Positions 12,375-23,385 of a DNA stretch of 64,000 bases are shown here, in pieces. Within the stretch, counting starts at the first letter, position 1; every line of letters starts with the position of its first letter. Source of the stretch: Hydrolagus affinis (lineage: Eukaryota); contig JAAILG010000911.1 in the NCBI GenBank assembly GCA_012026655.1, positions 1-64,000 on the forward strand, read 5' to 3'. Both the position numbers and the translations under genes were made by a program. The notes under the pieces are model-generated. The model was not told the origin of the DNA. It saw only the letters and a program-made list of their open reading frames with translations, and made no database searches.

Positions 12375-12523
12375 GTAAGAATAAACACAGGCAGGAACAC
12401 AACACTGAAATTCAGTGAGAAGAAGGAAGTGGTCAAACGCAAGAGGAGAAACAGCGATAGCAATGGCAATGGAAACTCAAATCTGGAACTGCCAAATATC
12501 AAATCGCCTACAGATATTTATCG
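12375..12523 (+). CDS. URI1: URI1 coding exon (basic NLS-like region)
   Basis: atattttcag|GTAAGA...TATCG|gtattt; VRINTGRNTTLKFSEKKEVVKRKRRNS...IKSPTDIY; 149 nt. Confidence 0.95.
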
Positions 12524-12641
12524 GTATTTCTACCTTTTCTAAATGTCACTTCTTCACAATATTATAAAATCGGTTCATGTAAATAAGTTATGCAACTTTC
12601 AATGGTTCTCAGTTGTTGACAGTTGTGTTATTTTCCTGTAG

Positions 12642-12885
12642 AATGTTTGTCGACGTTGTAAACGGAGAATACATTCCTCGTAAATCTATTCTGAAGTCAC
12701 GCAGCCGGGAGAACAGCGTCTGCAGTGACACAAGTGAGAGCAGCACAGCTGAGTTTGAAGATAGACGGTGCACCTTACGATCACTGAGTTACGAGGAAGC
12801 AACATACAGCGATGCTAGCGAATGCAGCATTTTGGATGAGGAAAACCTTGCAAGTAAACCTCATCCTTGTCCTGGTTTATTTGAG
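12642..12885 (+). CDS. URI1: URI1 coding exon
   Basis: ttttcctgtag|AATGTT...TTTGAG|gtgaga; MFVDVVNGEYIPRKSILKSRSRENSVCSDTSESS; 244 nt. Confidence 0.96.
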
Positions 12886-13280
12886 GTGAGATGATTCTGT
12901 TTGTTCCTTTTTACTTCTTTGAGAACTTGTTTACTAAATATCTGCTTATAGCTCAAACAAAAATATGTTTGTTTGAAGAGTGTGTACTGTTCCTATCTCA
13001 TCAACGGTCTGATATTACCATCAACTATAAAATAATATTTGTGAACAGTGATAACCATCGTGCGATAGCTATTTACCTAGATGCATGAAGTATAAAATCC
13101 ATTTGTTATACAAAAGATAAAACCTGGCTGGTCTTTCTCGAGAGATACCGGCTTCTTGTTCACTGTAAAATTTCAGCCACAGGCTTGCTATTTATTTTAT
13201 TATTTTGTAGGTATTGTACAGTAAAAGTGTTGGTGTATAAACACTCACCTAAATTGCATAGATCACTAGTACTGTTTAGC

Positions 13281-13387
13281 TAGCTGTTTAGCTACCTTTA
13301 GTACTAGCTGTTTAGCTACCTTTAGTACTAGCTGTTTAGCTACCTTTAGTACTAGCTGTTAGCTATCTTTAGTACTAGCTGTTTAGC
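13281..13387 (+). repeat. 24-bp minisatellite, ~4.5 copies
   Basis: Unit TAGCTGTTTAGCTACCTTTAGTAC at 13281, 13305 and 13329, a 23-bp variant at 13353, and a partial copy at 13376. Confidence 0.95.
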
Positions 13388-13541
13388 ACTCCACAAAACC
13401 GGCTATAGTTTTCTATAAATTCTACTAAAAAAAAAGTGGATTGCAATGTGCTGCGAATAAAACGTGTACAGCATATTTATACCTGGGTTGAGAAAGCACT
13501 TCATTCTTTGTTTGTAAATCTAATGTTTCTCATTTTAATAG

Positions 13542-13736
13542 GCATTTTCAGGCACTGTGGTGGAAAAGGAACTGCTCTCGCCTTCATTTATTCCATATGC
13601 TACTATTGCTCATCCCATCCTACCCACAATACCTGAGAAGAAAGTGTCTGAAGAAGACAGTGCACCTGAAACTCCACTGGAGCCTCCAAAAAGAGTTTCA
13701 AAATTTAAAGCTGCCAGGATGCAGCAGGGAATGTGA
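13542..13736 (+). CDS. URI1: URI1 terminal coding exon (URI box) with stop codon
   Basis: cattttaatag|GCATTT; AFSGTVVEKELLSPS...HPILPTIPEK...PPKRVSKFKAARMQQGM*; TGA at 13734-13736. Confidence 0.95.
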   Translation, partial: AFSGTVVEKELLSPSFIPYATIAHPILPTIPEKKVSEEDSAPETPLEPPKRVSKFKAARMQQGM

Positions 13737-14256
13737 ACTATCCTTTGGAACGGTTTGTTTCAAGTTTTTGTGATTATATTAAAAATGGATGGACATGATG
13801 TCTACAAATTTCAGATTACCATAGACGAAGCCCTCTACAATTATGTGTTTAAAAAGCATTTCACAACACATTTTATCCAGTGCATTTAGTTGAATCTTCA
13901 TGTTAATCTTTGGTCAATTAAGAAAAAAATGTAGAAAAAAACCTTGGAACTTGAATGGTTACACTATGCAGTATGTCCTAGCCATATTTAAGTTCCGATA
14001 GTTGAGCCATAAAGCACATTTTCACGAGTGCTCCTTTGTTTTCATTATAAATTGTCAGATTCAGTCTCTTTAAGATTAATGATTTATAGTGCAGTCATTC
14101 AACTTAGCTGTGTTTATTCTATTGATTCAGCACATAAATCCAAACTTTTACATCTTTCCATTTTCAAACCGAACTCATCCAGTTTTGATTACATTTTCAC
14201 TTGTTGTAAAAATGTTCACTGGAAATTGACAAAACAGTGTAAAGTTGTGCATTTCT

Positions 14257-14262
14257 AATAAA
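14257..14262 (+). terminator. Candidate polyadenylation signal of URI1
   Basis: First AATAAA I found downstream of the stop (~520-nt 3'UTR); GT-rich sequence follows. Confidence 0.55.
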
Positions 14263-14389
14263 CTTTTGCATGACAAAGCATAACTGTATGAGTAGGTATT
14301 TTCCTATAGGTGGATATCTCTTGAGTGTGGTAGTTTGCAGCGATTTCGTACAGTAATTTGTTTTGGTGGTTTTCTCTAATGTGGGTGTC

Positions 14390-14595
14390 AGCCTGGCCCA
14401 GCTAGTCACACTCATACTGAGCAAAAAGATTGTAAGTTCATGCCCCATTGTTGGGATTTTGAACTCCAGTCTATGCAGCGTTGGGGAAATATCCTCTGGG
14501 TGAGGCCATAAACGAATATTCCATTTGCAATCATGTGAAGTGGTTTGAGACAGCCTCTGGACGTGAAGGATGCTTTATCTAAAGCAATGATTAAT
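14390..14595 (+). mobile_element. Degraded SINE with L2-like tail
   Basis: tRNA-like head (CTGAGCAAAAAGATTGTAAGTTCATGCCCC) and tail GTTTGAGACAGCCTCTGGACGTGAAGGATGCTTTAT. Confidence 0.45.
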
Positions 14596-15879
14596 TTTTA
14601 TATCAGCCAAGGTTGACTCTGTCCTTGCCATATATCCACAATAAGCACACTTTTTGTGTCTAGTAGATAGCAATTGGGATTGGAAAGTTACTTTAAATCC
14701 CTCTCTACTTCATTTATATAGGGCAGGGGACACTGAGGCCTGCTCCCCAGCTGAGATTTATCATATTTGAACCAGGAATCTTCTGGTCTTGTACGGCCTG
14801 ATCCTACACCAGGTAGTGCCCAAGGTACATTAATTCAAAAAGAATAATGGATACCTGGGAGAGATTTCACAATACAGGTCTAATTTACGAATTTTAATGA
14901 CTTGATAAACTTCAAAGAACAAGCCCTGAGCATCTTAGAACAGTTTTTTTGTTGTTGAAATTTTGAATTCGATTACAACTTTGAAAACGCTCCCTCATAG
15001 CTGTTGTTTATAATACAATGTTCATGTTCACAATTATATGTAGGGGGTCTGTGTTTTCTACAGTGGCAGATGTTGTAAGAGAGGATACCAGCTGTCAGTG
15101 CATTCAGTGTCCATGTTGCACAGTGATGTTTGCACTAGAGAATTGTGATGCAATTGACTCCATATTATTCTTGATACACCTGCAGTAACCACAGGATTTT
15201 CTCTAGATTATACACCATGTCTATTTATACCTAGGTTGCAGGAGCATTCATTTTTCATGTGGATGGGTGAGTTTCAGCACCATTGTTTCACATTTTAAAA
15301 AATATTTCTAAAATACATTCCAAATAACTGAAAATCATTATTGATTAAATATTTTTACATCTGAAGTGATGGTGTTGCTTAATTAATCTCCATTCCAAAT
15401 GAACTGCTGCAATCAGAACATTATTATTCTGTGGATTAGGGCTTCTTAATTACAAATTTGACATGAATTATAAAACCATTACCTTTTGCGAATGTTCTTC
15501 ACAAGATCACCAGTCCACACCTTTAAAAGAACAGAATGAAACAAAACTGGTGTTTTATGCATTTTGTGCTAACATTTAAACCTAATGATTTTGTTCCCCC
15601 CAAAATTTGTATTTACAGTATTTTGGCACTATCACCAAATGGCTGGAGCACATCAGTGGGCTGTAGTGTATAATAGTATATTTATATCTTGGATATCTTT
15701 GTAAGAACAAAGTTGCCTGTCCAAAAGTGTTCTAATTGTAGCCACAAGGACTTATAATATACTAGATTGACAGACCCCATCTGGTCTATTGTGTGCAGTT
15801 GTTGGCTTTGAAGTACATTCTTGCCATTTAGCAGTTGCAAATTATACTTACATATAAACGCCTTTGGAAAATTTACAAT

Positions 15880-16830
15880 CTGAGGATGCACTAAGGAAAA
15901 GGGACTTTCCTTCTTTGGGAAAGAGGAGACAGCGAGGCAACTTTTTAAAACTTGATTCCATTACCTCCGTAACATTGCCAGAGTTCGCCACTGCTTCACC
16001 TATCAGGCTGCCGAAACTCTCACCCATGTATTTGTCACATCAAGGCTTGACTACGGAAACTCCCTTCTTGTCGGCCTTCCCAGCTCTTCCCTCCACAATC
16101 TGCAGATCATCCAAAACTCTGCAGCTCGTGTCCTCTCTCGCACCAGGCTCCGCGACCCCATCACTCCCACTCTTTCCCAGCACCATTGGTTCCCCATCCC
16201 CCAGATGATCGAATTCAAGATCTCTGTCCTTACTTTCAAGACCATCCATGGCCTTGCTCCGTCCTACCTCTCCGACCTGTCCGCCCTCTCCATTCAGCGG
16301 GCTGCAGTCTTCCATGTCTCCCACCTGATCCACTCTGCCACCAGTAGCCGGGCTTTCAGCCTCTCCCCTCACACTCTGGAACCCCATCCCACAGTCCCTT
16401 TGCCTTGCTTCCTCCCTTGTCTCCTTCAAGGCCAGTCTCAAAACTCCTTTTTGATCATGCCATCTGGCTCTCTCCCACCTCTCCCTCCCCTCCCCTCCAC
16501 CCAACTCTGCCCCTCTCCCATGCTCGGGTCCCGAACCCTGACTGTTCAGCACCTTGGGACATCCTCCCGACATGAAAGGAGCTCTATAAAAGTAATTTTG
16601 TTGTTAAAAGTTTTCAGAACGATTGACAAGATTGATCCAGACAAATTATTCAATATAAGGAAGGTTTCAAACAGCAGGGGATAAACATTAAAAATTAGGA
16701 AGTTAGGTGTAAAAAGGGAAGTCAAGTGTAACTTTCATCAGTTTCATCAAGCGTAATAGACTTGTGGAATAAATTACCAGGCAAGACCATTGAAGCAGAC
16801 AACATAAATGGGTTCAAGAGGCAATTAGTC
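15880..16830 (+). mobile_element. CR1 LINE 3' fragment, split by the L2 insertion at 15951-16603
   Basis: SLGKRRQRGNFLK | VFRTIDKIDPDKLF...SRG resembles the CR1 ORF2 C-terminus (FSLEKRRLRGDLIEVYK...TRGH); downstream VIDLWNKLP-type segment. Confidence 0.75.
15951..16603 (+). mobile_element. L2-clade LINE, 5'-truncated
   Basis: Frameshifted ORF2 C-terminus (LQIIQNSAAR, HWFPIP, IEFKISVLTFKTIHGLAPSYLSDL); L2 tail; flanking TTAAAA duplication. Confidence 0.92.
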
Positions 16831-16954
16831 CAAATAGTTTATCAGTTGTCAGATGCTTTGGATAAGCTACACATTGATTATATTTCTAATGAGATATAAA
16901 TGGATTATAAGTGTATTGTGAAATACAATGGTCCTGAGACCCAGGATTCACTAT

Positions 16955-17240
16955 AAAGTGTAACTGTGCATCTCTAGGTGAATTCAGCAGCTGATTTGCA
17001 CACAGTAGTGTCCCACAAGCAACCATGATATGAACAGCCAATTTTATCTGGCTAATTGTTGGGCATGACCCTGGGAGAAATATCTTTTTTAGGATAGTGC
17101 TACGAGATCTTTAATGTTTACCTGAACAAGCAGGCAGGACCCCCATTCAATACCGTGTCGAAAGGATGACACCTCCATCGATGCAGTATTCCTGAGACTA
17201 TTGGAATATCAGATAGATTATGAGCAAAAAGTCCCAAAAA
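16955..17240 (-). mobile_element. Old Deu-domain SINE (SacSINE1/AmnSINE1-like)
   Basis: Reverse complement contains Deu-like blocks CAGGTAAACATTAAAGATCTCGTAGCACTAT and TGTGGGACACTACTGTGTGCAAATCAGCTGCTG. Confidence 0.65.
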
Positions 17241-17408
17241 GATCAACTGGTATCTAAGTGGCACTACCGTGTGCAGATTGGTAGTTATGCATGTGAAGGG
17301 TAAGGTAAATTGCAGAGCCATACATAGACAAGACAGGATCTTTACAGATACAACAAAAATTAGCAGCAAAGCAGTCTTGTAACCAAAGTTCTATGATGGA
17401 TTGTGCCC

Positions 17409-18875
17409 TTTTTTTTCATATATAAAATATATATTTATTATTTTAAAACATATATTTTCATCCCTGTGACAAGACATGATGCACAAGGCTCCAGAAAAGG
17501 GAGGGAAGGCTGTCCCTTATGTAGCCAGGACTCTCATGGCCACCTTTGTATGTGGTTGCATGGGAGTATGCCAGGAACTCTGATATGAGGGCACTGTGTG
17601 CAGATATATGCTTGGCTTCTATCTTATCTGTACCCAGTGCTAAGAAGGATAGGGATAGCGGAACTACCACGGAATACCCCTCTGGGTTGGAGTGCCCCTG
17701 GGTGTTTGAAAGAAATAGAAAAATTTCTGGATAAGAACAGGGTGGATCCCTCTCGGATTCCCAGGTGGTCAGCGAGGACGGTGGTAGACACCATCTGAGA
17801 AAGAGAGGTGAGGGAACCATTGGTGGGGTATCCCTTGGCGACTATCAGTCACATCTGGGAGAATGTATCATCCCCAGTTCTGACTAACAAACACCAGGGT
17901 GTTGCTTGGATGGCAGTTAAACGAGTTTTGCCTCTCCGGGCCTTTATGCATCATCGAGGCTTAGGGTCATCTGAATGAGGTGTGGAAAAGGACGGAGTGG
18001 CTAATATCACACTTCATCCCGGGAGTCCCGCTGTGACGGGCACCCTGTGCTGTACGGCCTTGTGCTGGGGCACACAAGGTCACTGACATCCGATGCGCCT
18101 GGAGAGCCTGGAGAGTCATCAATGTGGTAAAAGAAGGCTTTTGGGTCTTCCGGAACCAGGAGGTCTTCAGGCGTGGAGATAGCTCGGTGAAGGCCTGCTA
18201 CAGACTGGTGATGGCAAGAGTCAGGGAGTACATCACCAAAGATGCGCCAGAGTTAGGCTCGGCCGAGGCCGAGGACAGATGGGGATTGACCCCGGCCAGA
18301 GCAGCTCCGTGATGTGTAAGTAGGGTAATGGCACCGCGCAACACGCAATGCAGCAGGGTACCTGTGCTCAGTGTTTGTAAAGTGATGCTCAACCTGTAAC
18401 CAGAGAGCGTCCCGCAATGCTTTGTGGTGTTGTTTGTGGGGGAAAGTCTCCCCCCATAAAGGGGAGAGCATCGGAGTGGGGGTTCATTTGGCTTGCCATC
18501 CGGTAAGTGAAGCTTGGCAGAGCTGGGATTAGCCCGGTTTTAACTGCTCCCTGTAAATAAAGGCAGCAGCGTCGAGAAGCGAGGAGGCCCTGGTTCTAAA
18601 AGGGGAATGGGGGGAAGGTAATGTCCGGAACCAATTTCCAATGGAAAAGGCGTTTGGAAATTGAGTAAAAGGCATCTATGTTTGTAACGCGAACAGAATT
18701 TTGTTTCCACAAAACAGGTAGAAGTTTTGGTTTGGGCGTTTTTTTTACGAGAGTATAAAGACAGGGCCGTTGCGCACTTGTCACAGTGGGGATTCTATAT
18801 TTTTTGGCGTGTGTTGTCACGGGGATGGAAATATAAGTTTCAAAATAATAAATATATATTTTATATTAAAAAAAA
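17409..18875 (+). mobile_element. Tx1-clade (L1 group) non-LTR retrotransposon, 5'-truncated, with an inverted copy of its 3' end at the left border
   Basis: Frameshifted ORF2 C-terminus: MHKAPEKGGKAVPYVARTLMATFVCGC, IWENVSSPVLTNKHQGVAWMAVKRVLPLRAFMH, VINVVKEGFWVFRNQEVF...YITKD; 3'UTR with AATAAA (18847) and an A-run at 18868-18875. Confidence 0.82.
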
Positions 18876-18934
18876 GCACTTGCTCAATTTTAAGAAATAC
18901 CAGTGCCTATATACAATTTCCCACTCACACCTAC

Positions 18935-19050
18935 TGTTTCAATCTTGATGAAGGGTCATGCCTGAAACAATTAACATGGTTTTGTCTTTCAGCTGCTGAT
19001 TGACATGTTGTGGCTTCCCAGCATTTGAGGTATTATTTCTAATTTTGTAC
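18935..19050 (+). mobile_element. Penelope-type terminal-repeat remnant
   Basis: TGATGAAGGGTCATGCCTGAAAC...CAGCTGCTGATTGACATGTTG...CCCAGCATTT; similar reverse-strand copies at ~24110-24240 and ~34120-34190. Confidence 0.5.
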
Positions 19051-22000
19051 TTTTTCTATTAATTTCTACAAAAGTATTGGTAAATTTACATGAGAGGTGT
19101 AACTGCTGGCCAATATGATTTACATTCATTACAATTCTTTTATTGAATAATTTCCCTCAATTTCTGTTGTTAGGTCTGTTTGTGTTAGACACGAATGCTG
19201 TGCCTTCTCAGCTACTCTGCTGTGGCTTTCCTTATGCAGGTTTGGTTTGTTGAGTTTGACATGGCACCCCTCAAGGTACATTCACTTGTCCTTTTTCACA
19301 TAGTTAAAAAGAAACTATTTGTTAGAAAGGCTTCACAAAATGTCTGGATTCTTGAAAGATCTGATGATCTCCTAAACAAAGGGAACTTTTAAGATTCCAC
19401 AGGTATGTCATACAATATCTCAACTTGTGCAGTAATTGTGGGAGCTGTTTGACTATCTAAAAGTTGTGCATAACTCTGATCTCAGGGTTAGGTTAAAGTT
19501 GATGAAACTTATGCTTTGATCTTAAGCTTTTATGATATTGACGGAAATCAAATCCTCATTGTGTTACCAGCAGTGTTCTGTAGGATGTCCTGTTTTATTC
19601 TTCATTTTCCATACTAAAATGTACTGTTATATTAACACAATTTCAGCATCCTTTGCAGAAATAGTATTTACGTTGAAAAGTGTCTTTTTCTACTGCAGTT
19701 GACTCATTTTATTGCTAGGTGGCAGCAGTAGGTAAGTGCAACATCGACAGATGCCAAGTTAGTATCACAATTCATTGTCCATTTCCAGTTTAGACAGGGT
19801 GTATGGATTTGGTTAGTGCAATTATGTAGTCTTGAGTTGTTCCCTAGGCAACATTTTTTTTTGGCCTCATCCATGCTCCTGTACACCATAATATTCTCAG
19901 GTTTGCTTGCCTTGCTGCCTGCGATTTGAGGTTTATAGACAGCATCTTTGGGTGTTATCAACCAGAAAAGGATCAGCTGGGATAAAAAGCACATATTGAC
20001 ACCACCAATCAATAATCTCTCCACATTTCAACTGTAATCCAAGTCTGTTTTAACAATTATATTTAGTAAATATCTACAGATCTGCATCTTCAATTTAAAA
20101 ATGGAGAATAGAAAATTTTATTTTTTTATTCGGAAGTCAAGTTTATTAAAAAAGGTTCAAATCTGTAAGCCAAACAAAGGAATATGTTTGTATTCATAAT
20201 ATTTCCATATAATCGTGTAGGATGAAATTAGATCCGTGATATGACACACTGATTTTAATAGCCAACATAGACCATGTATTATTATGTGCTTATTATCTAC
20301 ACAACTTCATAACTTTTTAGTGTTTTCGAGTGATGATCTCTGCAGTTGCAAAAGAAAACTTTTGAAATATCTTCAAAATTGAACATTTTTAATGCGTTTT
20401 GTGAAATTCAATCTTACGTTATAGTTTGCAAAAGGTTAAACATTGCTGCAGTCTGAATATTTGCAATTTTAACTCAGCTCTGCATTTTTGGGGACAAGTA
20501 ATTTATTTAGCATTAATCGGAGTATATGCTGGTGTGTGTGTGTGTGTGGCTAAATGTCTGTGAAGTCAGTAACACACTATAGTATATTGAACTGTTAGGC
20601 AACAGAAAAAGTGGATCCATTCTCATTGGGACCAATTTGACATTGTTTGGATTCTCCCTTTAGGCATTAGTTGTTGAAGCAATGTATCCTAATCTAGATT
20701 TATTTGTAGTAGTGATCCCAGCCCAGCAACTTGAGTTAACTGATGAGAAATAACTTACAGCATGGTGTAATGATGCATGAATGCTTCCACATGTGCTTCC
20801 ACATTTTAAAACTTGCTCCACATTATACAACTGTTTTGGGTCTGTATATTGTGTTAGCATTTGTAAGCAAGGCTGATCTAATGGAGCCCAGTACAACATT
20901 GGTCCGGGTTGGCTTGTCAAAATTCAGTACCTTGTTAGTGGATCATTCAACTGACCTTTTCAAAATAAAATATTTGTAGATACCATAAATAGTCTTTGCA
21001 CTAGAATAAAAGAATACTTGACATTTTACAAGTACATAAGTTATCATTTTTGATTGTGTTAATTTAGGTTCCATTTGCTTTGTGATTCAGTCGGAAGGAG
21101 AGGGACCAATCTGTCATTGCTATTTCAAAGAAGCGTAGAATATTTGTCCTGGTTAACCTGGTTCATATTCCCTTCTTAATTCAAATTTACCGTTATATTC
21201 AATTTAATTGGTTACTCGCCTAACTGCTATGGGACTTTGCTGGTGCGGATTAGTTGTCACATTTGCCTATATAACAACATTCACTTTATTATTTTATAAA
21301 ACAATTATATATAAATATAAGATATAATAAGCAAGGGTGAATAAGCATTTGAGTGTTTAAAGCTGGGTTGATACACCTGTTGAGACAATTTCTGCATTTT
21401 GTGGCTGCACTGTTTTCATAATGTAACAGTGTAGCCATTTTGCTGCGCCTTGTATTTTGCTTTCAATAATGAGACATATTGAATTCATATATCTCGACTA
21501 ACACATTTACTAAAATGTGATTAATTCTTATACTTAATATGAAAGTAAATTGGGATTTTGGAACTAGAACTGAATCCCTAATACATGAATGCATAATTTG
21601 AGAAGACCATTTTATGCCTGGATCAGAATTTCTATTTCGGTTGCAGAAATAAGGAATTTTTAAAATAAATAAATGCTAATTCATCTATTCAATCAGTACA
21701 ATTCATCATTCCTTAGCTGAGAAGCAGAGAAGCATCTAGTTTTTTGCTCTATTGGGTGCACAAAAAACAGCAAAAGTTACTCATAGTCTGATATTTCCTT
21801 CTGCTTTCCGTGGAATCACTTGCTCCACATTCAGCACTCCTGAGATCAGGAACTCACGGGATTATGGCTGCAAATCCACACTCTCCCACTGTGTGGCACA
21901 ATACATCGAGCTATGCCCAAATAAGAAGTCAAGTCTTTACAATGTTCCAACAGCCAATTTATTGCAGCATGTTTTGAGTAAATATGAAATAGAAACAAAT

Positions 22001-22149
22001 GACACCATTCAAGATAAAATATTTTTGAAAAGCAAACTTTGTCAGTACAATGATGATAGGCGTTCTGGAATGGAGAGCATGTATTTTGATCAATGAGATT
22101 AATAATAAAAGAGTAAGGATAACTCCACAAAATCCAACTAATCCTGAAC

Positions 22150-22330
22150 TCCTCTGCCTGTGTATCCAGTCCATCCACTCTAAGCACTGTATCCCCATCA
22201 AAACAGTACTCAGCAGACTTCCCCGGCTGCTAATCATAGAACAGATAGACTTCAAGTTCCTCATACTTGTCTACAAATTCATTCACAGCGGGCACCTCTT
22301 TATCTCTTCAAACTGCGTACTCCCCACTTC
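22150..22330 (+). mobile_element. Old L2 ORF2 remnant
   Basis: IPIKTVLSRLPRLLIIEQIDFKFLILVYKFIHSG resembles the L2 'ITPVL..LHWLPI..RIDFKILLLVYK.LHG' segment. Confidence 0.6.
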
Positions 22331-23279
22331 ACCACCTGTGTGTGTGTGTGTTCTGGAATTTTTAAAATGACAATTTACTGCACCGCACCACTACCAAAAC
22401 TGGCTTTTGTCACAATAGACTCACTTATTTTTAAAACAGTCCCATATGTTCATTAGCATTATCCTTACTCTTCAAAGGTAATCACTTACATGCTCACTCT
22501 ATACTTACTACCATCAAGGGCAGGGGGTGGGGCAGCTCACAGACATCTCCATGGGTGCTGTCAAGATATTGTCTTGGTTTATTCATGAGATAACAGTGAG
22601 TGCATGACCCTCACCAGTTTCCTACCTCTACCTTTGCACAGTAGTTCAAGTTAAGATTGGTCAAATTCATCAGTTAAGGGAAACCTACATGCAACTGTAA
22701 GAGGCTAAGAGGCTTCAAACTACTGTACACTAATAATGTCAGACCGTAGAGGCCAGTAAATGCAATCGTTTTTGTTCAGTTTCAATCCATGTCTTTGAAC
22801 GTTGTGTATCTCTCTTCTGGTCAGATGCTAGCCATGTAGGATTGCTTTCTTATTACAAATAAATCGAAACACTAAAGAAACTGACCTAATGAGACAGAGC
22901 CAGCTGGATATCAGTTTTAACAATCAATAGCGCATGAGAGAGTGTATGCATTATTACAGTATTGAGATAGAGAAACACAGGTTATTTTTGCTTATGTTCT
23001 TCATGAGATTTACACCATAACTATGAACAACTCTTAGGTGAGGGTGGAGAGAATTTCTCTTTCTGTTTCTGCTATTTCTATCATTTAAACTGTACATTTT
23101 GTGTAGATTTGCCATCAGTTTGAACAATCAAATAACTTTTAACAGCTTGTTAAAATCATTATTACACAATAAAATGACTGGTTCCTTAATCACTTTAAAA
23201 ATCACCACCTCATTTCAGTGTTGTGTACGGTATTCCTTGTGTGGATCTTTTTTTTAGCATTTCTTTCATTTCATCCACA

Positions 23280-23385
23280 TATATACAGTCACTCCACTTT
23301 ACAATTCTGTATACTCTGTGAATCACTTTGAAACGTCTCATCGGTGTGATAAGGCACTATATCAAGTGAAAGGATTATTATTATT
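23280..23385 (+). mobile_element. Young tRNA-SINE 3' fragment
   Basis: ACAGTCACTCCACTTTACA...GTGATAAGGCACTATATCAAGTGAAAGGATTATTATTATT. Confidence 0.75.

Larger units (their letters stand above)
1191..13736 (+). other. URI1: URI1 gene, 3' part: join(1191..1326,4568..4659,5395..5470,6752..6932,11116..11407,12375..12523,12642..12885,13542..13736); 5'-partial
   Basis: Eight exons with canonical AG/GT boundaries and compatible phases total 1365 nt (454 aa + stop). The translation runs from the prefoldin-alpha domain to the C-terminal KRVSKFKAARMQQ motif, collinear with vertebrate URI1 as recalled. Confidence 0.96.

Noticed and set aside
13281-13387. CRISPR-like repeat array
   Set aside because: Units are contiguous with no unique spacers, the DNA is vertebrate, and there are no cas genes.
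16040-16573. 177-aa ORF and similar ORFs at 6026, 25865-26925, 52104 and 61841
   Set aside because: These are antisense or off-frame readings of GC-rich L2 fragments.
17380-18900. Keno-type insertion into a U2 snRNA gene, or a true DNA transposon
   Set aside because: The flanks do not resemble U2 snRNA; the inverted ends are the LINE's own polyadenylated 3' end, and the interior is LINE ORF2.
21752-22096. 114-aa ORF
   Set aside because: TTG start, no recognisable homology and no convincing splice sites.
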